Shown: one piece after another, positions 13,659-28,134 of the stretch | How the letters are laid out: each line of letters opens with the position of its first letter | How positions within the stretch are numbered: position 1 is the stretch's first letter | DNA from: the human T2T-CHM13v2.0 reference genome, Homo sapiens | Strand: one strand, 5' to 3' | Length of the DNA: 64,000 nt | NCBI RefSeq assembly: GCF_009914755.1 | Contig: NC_060926.1 | Translations under genes and position numbers: made by a program | Notes under the pieces: model-generated | The model's database searches: none | Told to the model about the DNA's origin: nothing | Seen by the model: only the letters and a program-made list of their open reading frames with translations

Positions 13659-13879
13659 AATAAAATCAAGTGTGGAGTGCCATCTGGTGTGTAGGGCGCC
13701 TCTGGGAAGCCTGGGCAGCAGAATGCCCCTTGCACCCAGGGCAAGGGACCCAGTTCAGGCTTCACCCCTCGCTGCTGAGCCGATGTCAACACCTGGAACT
13801 TTCCTGTCAGTTCCAACACGATTCAGAGCTGGCTGCCTGGCAGATGATTGATACTGGAGTCTCATTCTGCCTGATTAAA
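13659..13879 (+). terminator. DIS3L2 polyadenylation signals (AATAAA 13659-13664; ATTAAA 13874-13879)
   Basis: Both hexamers lie downstream of the stop codon and are followed by GU-rich sequence; a U-rich tract lies at ~13417-13487. Confidence 0.7.
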
Positions 13880-16800
13880 AATGGAATTAGTATGCAACAC
13901 TGAGAGCGCCCCCATCACCCTGACGAATGTGACTGTGTCTGACGAATGTGACTGTGTCCAACCCTGCCCCCACTTCCTCTCTGCACCAGCTCCGCAGGGC
14001 CTGGTGGGAGTCATGGGTCCTGTGATACCCCCTCCCCTCAGTTCCTCAAGCAGCACTCTGTGAGGTCCTGTGCCCAGCTCTGGTGTGAGTGGGTGCCCCG
14101 GCAGCACCAAGGGAGCCTGGACAGAGGAGCCGGCCTGGGCCTGGGGGAGGGGAGGAGGGCCCTCCAGTGCCTTCCAAACCAGGAGGGGAAACTGGCTGCT
14201 GGTGACACAGCCTGGGTGACACGGATCCCACCTGCCTCAGTCCCGAGCAGAGCTGGCTGGCCACTGGGCAGTCCCTTCCCCAGCCAGCCTGACCCCAGCC
14301 TGTACTCCTTCCCCCTCCGTGGGGGAAGCTCCGTGGCTTGGCGTCCCCGAGAGCTGCCAGAAACTAGGATGAAAGCCATGGTGAGCACGGCCTCTGTTCC
14401 CCTGCACCATTTCCTGGGGTGTCCGGATTAACAAGCTCATTTGATCTGGTTACAGTGAATTTTCTTCAAAGAAACACTCAATAGGGTCCCTTGTCAGAGT
14501 GCCTCGCAGCGACAGTGACTGGGTACTGCTGCCTTTGTCCTGCCACCGTCAGACGGGGCTGGCTATGGGAGGCAACCAAAGACATCCCGCACCTGCCCTG
14601 GGAGCCTTTCCCTCCTCCAGGGCTCAGCCACCTCAGGCGGCCTTCCGTCTGTGTGTCCTGCCACCCCCGAGATGTCCCAGAGGCCACGGTCACCCCATCT
14701 GTTCCTGTCCCCAGAACCTTCTCCTGGAGCCAAGTATCTGCAGGGACAGACAGGCGAGCGTCTGGGGGTTTGGTGTTGGGGTGGAGAAGGCTGTGGGGTG
14801 CTGCCCCAGCCCAGGCAGCCTGACTGTGAGAGCCCCAAACAGGAGAGCCCCAAACAGGAAGGACCAGGGCCCTTCCCCTCCCCTCCATGCTGCCCACCCT
14901 CTGAGGAGCAGTGGCCAAGTTCCTCTCTGGGCTTCTCGGGCCAGGCTGACCCTGTCCCCCAGGGCCTCCCACGAAGCATGGGAGCTGTTCCCTCACAGGC
15001 AGCACAGACCCGGACGGACACCTGTCCCTATGTCCCAGCGCCCCCAGGCCCCAGTGAGGAGTAGCCAGGGGGGTGAACAAGGGGGTTCCTGCTGCCTGGG
15101 CTTGTTTGGGAAGCAGATGCTGGGCTCAGAGTTTCTTCAGAGAGCCTCACCTTCCGTGCTGGCCCCAGAGCATGGCGGGTCCCTGGAGCTGTGGAGGCCA
15201 TGGCAGCCCCAGCCCACCCCACCCCATCTGGGGAAGTGGAAACCGTATCCACGAGGGTCAGGTCAGGTCTCTGCCTCCAGTGACCTGGCAAGGTTGTGCC
15301 CAGCCAGGACCTGGGCTCAGGCCCAGGCAGCCGCCACACCCTACCCAGAGCTCAGAGAAGGCAGCCCAGCCTTCTCCCCACACCAGTCACACCGAGCCCC
15401 GCGTCTGCATTCACTCCTTTAAGGAACATGGTTGACTGAATCCGGTGCCGCGCATTCACAGGATGGCTCTCCATGGGTCCACTGGGGCCCAGCCTCTTAT
15501 GTGGCCCCTCGCTAAAAGGACTCAACAGAAAGAGTGACCAGGCACCGACCCTCATCTAAAGGAGGACTTGGCCATTCCCTGGGCTGTCCCACAGCACCTG
15601 CCGGCCAGGGCCCGGGCACAGAGCGAGACTGTCTTTTCCTCAAGGAGACACCGTGGGGGAGGGAGGGAGAGGTAGACACCACCAACCTCATTCCATGACC
15701 AGGGCCTGGCGATGCTCAGAAGCCAGTGAGTGTGTCCCTGCCCTGAAGGGTCAGTGCTGGCCCCCTGGACCTAGGGGGAAGATGGTGCAGGCAGTGGCCC
15801 AGCCTGAGGAAGGAGCTGAAGCTCTCAAGAGTTTGCAGCCACCCTCCTGGGGAGAGACTGACGCCTCCCCAGTTCCTGTTAGGAAGGACCTCAGGAAAGA
15901 ACTGGAATTACACAGCCTGGGGTGGCAGCCTCCTGGTCCCTGAGGAGGATGTCAGGCCGCAGAAGGGAGGAACGGGCATGAAGCTTGGGAAGCGGGCGCC
16001 AGAGGAGGCGAGGCCTCTGCAGAAGCAGCACCAGAGGCCACTGCAGCGGCTCCACCACCCAGCAGCGCCGCCAGGAGGCAGGAAGTGGGAGGCCAGGCAG
16101 GAGGGGCTGTGATTGCCCAGGTGCCAGGAGGAAGGGCTGAGAGGGGACAGTGCAGATGTCCAGAGAGGCCTGACAGGGACAGGCTGCGAAAGTCACGGGT
16201 GGGGATGGGCTTCCGCCAGAGTTGTGTGTGGCCTGAGGACAGTGCAGCAAGGAGGCCCCATGGTGAGCACATGCAGCCGAAGTGACAGGTTGGGCTCCTT
16301 TGTGGGACAAGAGCCTCTCCAGGCCACTGCAGGGTGTTCAGAGAACAAGGCCTACAAGGATCTGCTGTGCCTGCAGCTGGGCAGTAGAACACTGAGCATG
16401 CAGGGCCGGGGTGGGAAGCAGGAAAGCCACATGGACGAGAGAGCCGGGCCTGCCCAGCAGTGCCTTTTGGGAGCGCAGGCAGGATGGGATGTGCAGCTGT
16501 GACCTGCCCGGCATAGAACTCCGTCTGGCTGGGGAGAGGAGGTCTCTTCTAGCCAGAATGGACCAGGAGGTCCCGGGAGGACCTGGGAGGAAGTGGATTG
16601 AGTTGGGCCTTAGAAGGAGAGCCAGGAACAGGCCAGGTCAGGGGAGCTGGAGCCTGGCTAGGTATGGAGAGAGCAGGGTACACTTGCTGCAACTGTGAGA
16701 AGAGCCAGGGGTGGCCCTGGTGGCCTGGGCGCGTTTAGCTGTGCCTGGGGCCAGGCCTGACTGGCTGCAAGTCATTACTATAGGCGGAGAGTGCAGAGTA

Positions 16801-18429
16801 GCGCGCTCCTGCTGTCACTCCCTCCTCCAAGTCCACAAAGAGGCAAGAAAGGGAGGATTTTAAGGCCTATCCATACCGCATGGCAGGTGAGAGCAGAGGA
16901 GCAAACAGCACTTTTGGATCCTGGAAAGCAGAAGGTGAGTGTCCCAGGCGTAGCTGACCTGAGAAAGGCGACTCCAAAGCCAGCAGCAGCAACAGCTGGA
17001 ACTGCCCCAGCCTGCACCACGGGACCCCCAGCTCTGAGACTGAGAGCAGCTCTGGGGACCTCTGGGCTGGGGTGAAGAGGGATGGCTGGAATCATTGTTG
17101 CAAACAATTCAGTAGGCAGGCAGCTCCCTAGATCCCACCGTGGTCTGCAGAGGCCAGCACCTGTCCCGACCTCTTACTGGTCGGCCCTGGAGAGCCATCT
17201 CCTACAGAGGCAAAATGAACGGTCTCTGGGCCAGGACCAGGCCTGTTCAGGGGGATGTGTGGCTAAGTGCATAAGGGATGCTGAGACTACAGCCCTCGTG
17301 CCCAGGCAGCGCTCAGGGCATGGATAGCCAGGCCCTCCCCATCCAGGCCAGAGATGGGAAGACTCCATCCAATCTCATTCCATGACCAGGGACTGGCAAA
17401 GCTCTCAGTTCTCTCTCCATCCCAGCAGGAGACAAAGAACCCAACCTCAGAGATTCCTCAACTCGGAGACCCAGCCAGGCCACCCTCCAGAGCATCTCAG
17501 TCTGCAAGCCCCTTGGTGTGCTCAGAGCTTCCAGTCACACTGCTCATGCCTATCCGTGCACAGCCAGGGATTGCCCTTCGTGGAGGAAAACTTCATGAAA
17601 CAAAAAACAAGCTCCGTGGGGAACACAGACCATAGAGGAAAAAGAAAGCTGTAGAAAAAGAAATGATGAATGCCTTCCTGGAGGTGAGAAAGCCATCGTG
17701 AAACGAGAGGAGGTTGCTCCAAAAAGTTCCTAGAGAGCAAAACAAGGGCCCTTGGAGGCACAATGATTGCCACCGTGGAGACACATTTCAGCGCCACTAG
17801 AGTAAAAACACTGCAGACAGGTGAGCTCTCAACAGATACATGTCCCTCGCCTTCTCAGGAAAGATGGGCAGTAATGAGGGCAGAAGCCACAAAGAGGAAA
17901 CCGTAGTGACAGGACCCAGGGTCCTTCAAGCTGCGGTGGGGCAAGCGCTCGGGACAGTGGTGAGGGAGCAGCTCAGCCCCAGGTGGTGCCTGGCAACCCG
18001 CCCCGGGACGTCCCACCCAGGGCAGCAGTAGAGTGACATGGATAGAAAGCTGAATTCCCCAGAAGAGCCTGGAGGACATTGAAGTACTTCGCATAGAGCC
18101 TCGGGTTGGATTAGTAGTACATACAGAATGATCCACATGTGAAGATAAGACCATGATTGGCTCCAGAGAAAACAGCAGTGCAAGCAAGAAGAGGTAGCTA
18201 GTCACAGTTTACGATCTGGCAATAGCGTTTACACAGTCATCACCATAGAAATGCCGAGTCAGGATCTAGTTTACTGCAGAACTCTATCAGGAGGACTGGA
18301 AGATGGGGACGCTGTCCACATGCAGGGAATGCAGTTGGTGAAATGGAAGCTAAATGCTCATTTTCCTCAGTGGGAAGCTGTGGCTTGAAGATGACTGTAA
18401 ACTCTCTTTCCGCCTCTTCAATCTTGACA

Positions 18430-18792
18430 GGCCCCAGGGCTGCTAAGCTAATATGGCAGAAGGGACACTGTGCCAGTTGCAGGCCCAGGCCTTAAGAGAC
18501 TGGCAGCTTCCCCTCTCTGTCTCTGGAAACCTACCTGCCCTTCTGTAAGGAAGCCCAAGCAGCTCTGGAGAAGCCCTTATGGAGGGGCCCACTCTCAGCC
18601 CACAGCCAGCACCAGTTGGGCAGCCACGCAGACCCCCAACCTGCAAGCCAGGCCCGCTGAGGCCTCAGTACACACAGGCAGTCCCATCAGCCCTGCCCAG
18701 ATGGCAGTTTTGTGATCAAAATATAGACGATAGATGATTGTTTTTTAAGGTTGTTGGGGGTAGTTTGTCACACAACGATAGATAATAGAACA
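18430..18792 (+). mobile_element. Old MaLR LTR remnant (MLT1-like)
   Basis: MLT1-type 3' end (ttttttaagg..gggggtagtttgtcacacaacgatagataatagaaca) and an internal cagccctgcccaga motif; subfamily not determined. Confidence 0.55.
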
Positions 18793-18801
18793 TCAGTAGG
18801 C

Positions 18802-18931
18802 TGTGTGTGTGTGTGTGTGTGTGTAGCATATATATATACACATATACATATATACACATATACATATACACATACACATATATACACGTATACATATATA
18901 CACATACATATATACACATATATACACATAC

Positions 18932-18965
<34 letters not shown>

Positions 18966-19025
18966 ATACACATATACATATATACACATATATGCATATA
19001 TACACATATATACATATATACACAT
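18802..19025. repeat. (TG)n followed by a (TA/CA)-rich compound microsatellite
   Basis: Directly visible. Confidence 0.95.
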
Positions 19026-19736
19026 AGCTTCAAATTCAGACATGAAGAAGTATCTTATTTAGCAACAGTGGTAAATAGTAAAACACCAAGAGAGAGGAAA
19101 GTGGTTGCCTCAGAGATGGGAAAATGCAAGGAGGGAGACGGAACTGCTGTTTGTTTTAACAAACCTTGTAGATCTGTTTGATACTTTAAACTACATTCAC
19201 ATATAACTTGGACAAAAGTAAAAACTGAAGTTGAAAAAAATGTATTCATGCTAATAGCACAGGAATGATCCACAATTGGATTCCAAGGCTTCTTGTACAT
19301 TCAGCATAGGGTGTATGAAAGAGTCCACTATTCTAGCAACAGATAAAATTCCTACTGACACGCAACCTCAGGTTCCCACTCGTTTAGAAGGCTGCGTATG
19401 GTCTTCTACTTAAAGCCTCAAGTAGCAGTCATGGCAGTGACAAATCCTCATTGCCTCCATAGAACCTCTAGGCTCATGTGTGAGCCCAGGCTGGGCTGGG
19501 GCCCCTGGGAGCCCAGGGTGAGGGGCCAGTCCCTGGGCAGCTCCGTGAGCCAGGAGCAGCTGTGCCACCTGGGGAAGGGCTGCACGGTCGATGGGTCTTT
19601 TCTGCAGAAGAGTGTGCCCCAGCCCTTGCTGGGCACAGATCAAAGAGGTGTTCATGGGTCGAAATCACAGATTTCAAGGGCTGATAGGAGTCAGAGTGGG
19701 GGGGCTGGGAGGGCTGAGGCAGGTTAAAGATTTGAG

Positions 19737-21432
19737 AGGGGCTGCTGTGTCCACAGCTGCATCACACTGCTCTGCTGTCCCCTCCATGTTCCCCGGCACT
19801 GCCGCCTACCCTGGGGTCTTCTGGAAGTAACTGAAGGCCCCCTCAACCTGGCTCATCATCAAAGCAGACTGTTGACTAGCTGCAGGCAAATATGAAGAGG
19901 CTATTTCCTGTCACAAAAAGGCCATGCTGTATCTTTCTGAAGCTATGGAGCTGACGCAGGCTGAGTAGGCTCACCTTTCACTGGAATTGCAAAGGCCTAG
20001 CCACATGAAACCGCGCCTCCTCATCCAGGAGACACGGAAAAGGGCCCAGCAGAACGCAGACAAGGATGGGGCTGCCCATCTTCAGGCCTCTCACAGCCCC
20101 TCTGCTGAAGATGCAGAAGCACAGCCCTCCACAGAGGAACGCCTGCCTGAGACTCGGGGCATATGTGACAGGGATCCAGACACACGACTGTTTTTCCTTC
20201 AGCAACAGAGCCGTGTATTGGAAGCAAAGCCCCAAAACACGATAAGAGTAGAGGAGCAGACAACCCAGTTGCAGATTTGAAGAAGCATGTGGAATTCCTT
20301 GTGGCGGAGAAGGAAAGATTATGGAAAGAAAGTAAACAGGTAAAGGCTGAAAAGGCCAGACTTCTAAAAGGTCCAGTAGAAAAGGAGCTGGATGTGGGTG
20401 CTGATTTTGTGGAAAAGTCAGAGTTACGGAGCTCGCCTCTGCATTCAGAAACTGCTATACCCTCTTCAGCCTTGCAGAGGTTTGCAGCAGATGCCAGGAA
20501 AGCCAAGTACATTCCAATACCCAATCTTTTCCCTCAGATTTTCCATCTCCAGAGCTTCCCTTTATGGAGCTTTCTGAGGATATTCTGAAAGGATTTATGA
20601 GTAACTAAAATGGAAGGCCATAGAAGAAGGGAGAAGAGGAAATAATACTAAGTCATACAGTTAATCCAGCAACAAAAAATGAAAAGGGAAAGCCACAGGC
20701 AAGGGTAATCCTGGAAATGCCTCGTCATCTGGTGTACTGTAGGAGAAGACGCATTGCCAGGATGTGGGGAACAGTCGCTGTGAAGCGTGTCACATACCTG
20801 ATTCACTGACTTGAGCTGATGATGCCGACCTGGCAGACACTAAACTCGTGGAGGGTCAGTTTCTCTTGACACCAACCAAATGGCTGCCTGAAAGAATTTT
20901 TTCAAGCAACAATTATTTTTCTTATCTTCAGGGTTAAAATGTATAAAAGTATGTTATGTATAATTAATCTGTTATGTCATAAGTGATCATGCAAAACCTA
21001 AATATTATGGCAGCCTGAGGGGCTGCTTCGTATTTGAAACATGCTTTGTCTCAGGCGTTGACGTATGTATGCATTTTGTTACTGGCGTTTTGTATAAGGT
21101 GTGAGACACACCTTTCCAGATGAAACCATATGTGCCGCACTGTGCACTACTCATAACGGTGATAACCTCAAGACCATCAGGAGAAATATTTAAATTTCCG
21201 TGTTATGAAGAAAGAAACCAAATTATTAGTTATGCTTTTTAACACAAATTACCAGTTTACATAATTAATGAGGGTGCATTTTAAGTTCTAACTTTATTGT
21301 ATAAGGCATCATTTGAAAGTACCAAGGAAGTCTTCTTTGTTTTTAGTGATCCGTGAGTGGAAGGAATTCTAGTTGGCAGTATTTGATTGTAAGAAATCAA
21401 TAAAGTAATTGTGTTTAAAAAAAAAAAAAAAA
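19737..21432 (+). pseudogene. NRBF2P6: NRBF2 processed pseudogene (probably NRBF2P6)
   Basis: Intronless, decayed NRBF2 CDS at 19821-20608 (start codon now CTG; [65 protein letters not shown]) with frameshifts. AATAAA at 21399, poly(A) at 21417-21432, TSD aaagatttgag (19726) / aaagatctgag (21430). Parent gene is secure; the P-number is from memory. Confidence 0.88.
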
Positions 21433-22717
21433 GATCTGAGCCCTGGTGGAGGTAACAGGATGCGATGGTTTTCACATTCAAGAAGGTTCTGGAGAAGAGA
21501 GATGATTCTTGGAATGATGAGCTTCAATTTGCACATGCCTGAGTTTAGGTTCTGAATTTAAACCCTTATTGTAAGATCATCTCTTTGAACCTTCTCTCTT
21601 TTTAAGGGTTTTTACAGTTCAGTGGCATTTTTTTTTAATATTTAAAAAGTCATTTTAGGAGAAACATCCATTTAAATAATTTATTTTACTTCAGAAAGTT
21701 GTTTTACTCAACGAGGATCATGAACTGAGTTGTGTTCTTTAACATTCACAAATTGTGTATTGCTTGGTTTTGGAAATTAGTTAGCCAAATAATTTAAAAA
21801 GCACCAGAAATTGAAGTGCAAAATAGAACAGGAAAGAGAAACTCTCCATTAGTGTATTCAGCTTAACAGGTTTTCAACCCACCAGGGTGCTGTTGGAATA
21901 CAATTGTTCTCCTGGTTCTTATGATACAAGATCAAGGTTAAACCACTGAATACAGTTACAGCATCCTTGACTTCATAAGCTTTCCTTTCCATGCATCCAT
22001 ATAGATGCCCAAAGCACCATTCAGGGCAGAATTTAGTCTTTCGTCCCGCACTCTCAAAGGACAACCAGGAGCTAGGACTTGGCTGAACCACCCACCTACC
22101 AGGTGCCCCTGCCTGTGCCACCATCCTTGGGCCAAGGGGAGGCCTGGCCCCTGCCACCTCAGCGATGGTGAAGGATCAGCCCACTTGGGGCCCGGGGCGC
22201 CTGGCTGAGCGCCCCCTCCACTGAGCCCGTTCCTGTGCCCCCAATTTCCCACAGGCTGAGGCCCCAGTGCCCTGCTCGTGCTGCTGAGGGGGCTGAATGG
22301 CCTGTTGAGAGGCCTCCCCAGGAAGCCCATAGGGAGGAGGTTGGGGTGTCTCCTGCCTTGGGGGTGGGACAGTCCCTTCTTGTTCCCACCCCAGGTACCT
22401 GACCCAAGTTCTCCTGTGCATGAGGAATGCCTGGATGTCCCTCCTTGGTAGGTGGGATGGCCCAGAGGGAGGTCCTGCCTACACAGCCCTTAATTAGGAA
22501 TTTAGAGATTTGTGCTCTAGGAAGGAGCTGCTTCCGCTACCATTTGGCCAACTGTGTGCTGTGCAGACCCGCAGCTTGGAAACAGGTTTCAAGGATGTTC
22601 AGGACTTGCCTCGTGTTCATAAAGGTCAGGGGTCGCCTCTTCCCCCTGCTCCCCTGCTAACTCTGCAGCAGGCCCTGGACTAATTAAGTCCCCGCAACAG
22701 CCCCGAGACCCAGGCTC

Positions 22718-23424
<707 letters not shown>

Positions 23425-23928
23425 GGACTATCATTCTTTTCGTTCATAGATGAGGGAATTAAGGCTTGGAGAGGTTCCGTTCTGAAGGACACTCAGTAAG
23501 TGGTGGACAGAGAATTTCAGCTCAGATCCAAAGCCTATTTAATTTACTTCTTTTAAATCCATGCTTCTTAGCACTCAGCTAGTCACGTATCACCTTGACA
23601 ACTTTTTGCCGTAGCCACATTACTGCCTGTGGTATGATTTGCTGAATATTTTTCTCTACATAAGCTCAGATTTTCCTTAAATCTGTTAGGAAACCTATAA
23701 CTGAAAAATGGAAGACCACTATCTCTTGCCGTAAACAGAAGCAACTGTGTATTCCACACACACCAAAAGCAATGTTCTTACAGCCTCCTTAGATGCTCTG
23801 AGTCTAAAGCATGCTTTATCTTGTTAAAGGGGGGATGGCAAAGTTAGGGTGATAGTGAAGACATAGAACCAACTGAGATTCTCTCCTTGACATTATCAGA
23901 AGGGTTGGAAGACAATCAAAAAATAACC

Positions 23929-25056
<1,128 letters not shown>

Positions 25057-25819
25057 TCTTTTCATCGTTTTATCCCCCATATAGTTTAGGTTTGCCCCAT
25101 TTGAACTTCATGTATGTGTAAGATATATTCTATCCTATGTGTTCCTTTGTGATTTGTATATTTTGTTCAACTTTATGTTTGTGAGATTTAATCTGTTGTA
25201 TGTTAGAAAAGCCTGGTCATTTCCATTGCTGTATAATATTCCAGTTATGAAACTCCTGACACTTTTTCTGCTGTTGATGAGCATTTGGGTTTTTCAGTGT
25301 CTGGCTATTTAAACAATGCCACTTTGCACACGTTGGTGCTTACATCCTGGGACACGTGTGCCAAGTTTCTGCAGGACACTTTCCCGGGATGGAATTGCTG
25401 TATCCTGGGATGTGCACAACTTGACGTCCTGAATGATGCTCTTGAGTCTGGTGTGTGGGGCGCCTATTCATCCACCTCCCTCCACCCTACTATGGGTGGA
25501 TTTTTAGGTCTTTGCCAACCTGGAGTCTGTGATACCTTCTCCACCCCACCCCAATGTGCTTTATCCCACATTGATTGGACGCCTTTTCACACATTTACTT
25601 TTGAACTCAGCCTGAGGTTACCAAACCCTCTGGTTGAGGCTACACCTCTGGGTGTGCCCAGGGCTGCTGGAGAATAGACTCTCCCTGGAGCTTCATCTAC
25701 CTGTGCAAGGGAACGGGGTCAAACTCAAGTGTACAAGCTGCTCTAGAAGATGCAGCCCAGGCCTGGCTGGCCCAGGGCACTGGTCCCTCCCCCGGCTTCC
25801 TCCTCCAGGAAGAGGTGTG

Positions 25820-26474
25820 CACACCCACAGGCGTGTACACGTGGGCAAGGCTGGCCCAGCCCAGGCTGCAATCATGACAAAGACAAGGCTCCACTTAATG
25901 TTGTCACCACCTGCCCCACCCTTTCCCACAGCACTGGAACTCTGGGCCCAGGCTCCTGCCAGCCCCACCTGTCTGGGCCATGGCCGGTGAGAAACCAAGG
26001 GGTGCCAGGGCTGCCAGACCACCCTACCTACCTACTTCCCGCTGTCTCCAGGACTCATGGCATTAGGAGGCCAAACCCACACTGTGGCCTGGGCTGTGTG
26101 CTTCGAGCTTCACCTCCCTTCAGCACCAGAACAGGGTCTGGCTGTAGGTGGCTCCCAGGAAATACAGAAAAAATGGGTGAATGAACAAGTGACAGGGTGT
26201 CTTGTTCCACACAAGACACAGTGAGTGGGAGTGGGGGTGGCTTCTGGCTGCAGGATGCACACTGCCCTCACCCAGATGGCATCTGCCCCCAACACCCCAT
26301 TCTTGCCTGGCAGACACCGGGGCCCACCCTGAGCTGCCTTTCTCAGGACCCCAGGCCAGGCAAGCCACAGCCTGCCACTCCCTTCAGCCAGTGTGGCTTC
26401 AGGTCACCAACCTGGGGCAGGGTCAAGCTGGCAACAAGGGAAGGGGCCGGGACACAGTCCTCCCTGATTTAAAC
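25820..26474 (+). promoter_or_regulatory. Orphan alkaline-phosphatase-type promoter paralog with no ALP gene behind it
   Basis: Colinear with the ALPP upstream region 54800-55462 (gacagggtgtcttgttccacacaagacacagtgag; cccttcagccagtgtggcttcaggtca; ccctgatttaaac). Homology stops at the TATA-like box. Confidence 0.85.
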
Positions 26475-28134
26475 TCTAATCTCAGCGTCTGTGCAGTCCA
26501 GCTCCTCCAGGCGCTGGCCCAGGACATACTTGATGTCTTCCACCAGCTGCCACACCTGCAGAGTCGGGTCGGGGAGCAAGGGTCAGCCCAGCAGCCTTTC
26601 ACTCTGGTCCATCGCTCCTGGCATGAGGAGTGTCCCCATCTTTAGGCACCACTTACAAAGCCCAGAGCTTGGTTCTGAGCACCAAGAGGAAACGCTGGAG
26701 ATGGGGATCCAGGCCCTGCACCCCCGACAATAAGCTCAGAGGCTAGAAGAGGAAACTGCCCCAGTAACCACCCTGGACATCCCTTAAGGCCATGCCTCCC
26801 GAGCAAGGCTGAGAAGGCTGGGCAGGGGCTTCGTGGAGTGGGTCACCTTCCGCTGACAGACCAGGTAGGCTTCCTGGAGGAGGAGGCCTGTGGAGGAGCA
26901 GCCTGGAGCCTCAGAATAGGCTGAGCCTTTAGCAGGGCCTGGTGCTACTGGCTGCAGGGGGACGTGTGGGGCTCCCCTTGTTAGGACCATGGCCTCAGGA
27001 GGGATCCACCCTCAGTTCAGCACCAGCCTCCCCACGTTAAACCAGGGTAACCCACCTTGGCAGTCGAGAAGTGTTCATGTACAAAGAGGGCACCAAGTGC
27101 CATACCAAAGTGGTGGTTGGCCTGGCCCAGGCAGACCTCGGCCAGCTCCTGCAGCTTGTGGCTTCCCTCTGTCTCCCGTGCCAACTCCTGCAGTGCCTCA
27201 TGGAATGGCAGGGACAGGTGCTCACTCAGAACCACCACCACGCGCCACACTAGGTAGTTGTGCAGGATCCTCGGGCCAGGTGAAGCCAGTGGATGTCCAG
27301 ACAGACGTGCATATGGGCCACCAAGGGCACCACCCCCACCTGTGCCCCCCAGCCTGTGGCTGGACCCAGGACCCAGACAACCCCACAAAGAAGGGGCAGG
27401 AGGTCATCCCAGAAAATGCAGAGCAGCGGGGAGAGCCAGGATGTCAACCTAGGGCTCTGGATTTCTATTCTAGTGCTCAACAGCTGCCTCCCTCAGTGTG
27501 GCTACCGGACACAGGTGGAGGTGGGAATTCAAAGCCCACCCAGCAGACAGGTCCTAGAGGCCGGTGGACAGGGGCTAGCGGATCTGCAGCCGTCCCTATG
27601 GGGTGCGGAGTGGATGAGCTGGGTCACCTGCTACACTTAGTCCGTCGCCAGCACTAGCACCTCCTCTTCCTCTGAGAACCAGTAAAACTCCTGGCACGGG
27701 TCGATGCTGGCATCCAGGTTGGCCGCCAGGAAGCGAGCGGCGCGCGCGAAGGCCTTGCACTCGGGGCAGGCGCCGCCGCCCGCCGCGACCGGTCCAGGTA
27801 CCTGAGCGCCAGCAAAGCCCCCAGGATGGCGCAGAGGCCGGCGGCGAATACCAGCCCCGACAGCAGGCTCACCTCGCGCGGGTTCCAGAGCTGCAGCCCG
27901 GCCCAGCCCCGGTGGCGCTGCTTCCCGAGAGAAGCCTGAGGGGCAGAGAGGCCCCGCACAGGCCCCCAGTGCCTCAAGTACTTGACCTCCTGGAACTCGT
28001 GGTAGTGCGCCCTCAGCGAATACCGGGACTCCAAGGCGCCGAGGCCGCCGCGGTGCAGCCCTGGGCCACCTGGGCTACGGGATGCGCGCGGCCGCCGGCC
28101 TCCTCGTGGGCCTCCGCTTGGCCCCGGGACGCAG
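26475..28134 (-). pseudogene. ECEL1P3: ECEL1 unprocessed pseudogene fragment (probably ECEL1P3)
   Basis: Exon-2-like 28134-27677 (TTG instead of ATG; [47 protein letters not shown]). Exon-6-like ~27677-27597 ([13 protein letters not shown]). Exon-7-like 27269-27056 ([17 protein letters not shown]...[14 protein letters not shown]). Exon-8-like 26555-26475 ([20 protein letters not shown]). Stops, frameshifts and deletions present; exon numbers from recalled ECEL1 structure. Confidence 0.88.

Noticed and set aside
18716-19181. Tyr/Ile/His/Cys-rich ORFs
   Set aside because: Microsatellite translation
26119-26138. RE1/REST-like motif ttcagcaccagaacag
   Set aside because: Wrong spacer length and a mismatch in the GGACAG half-site; too weak to call
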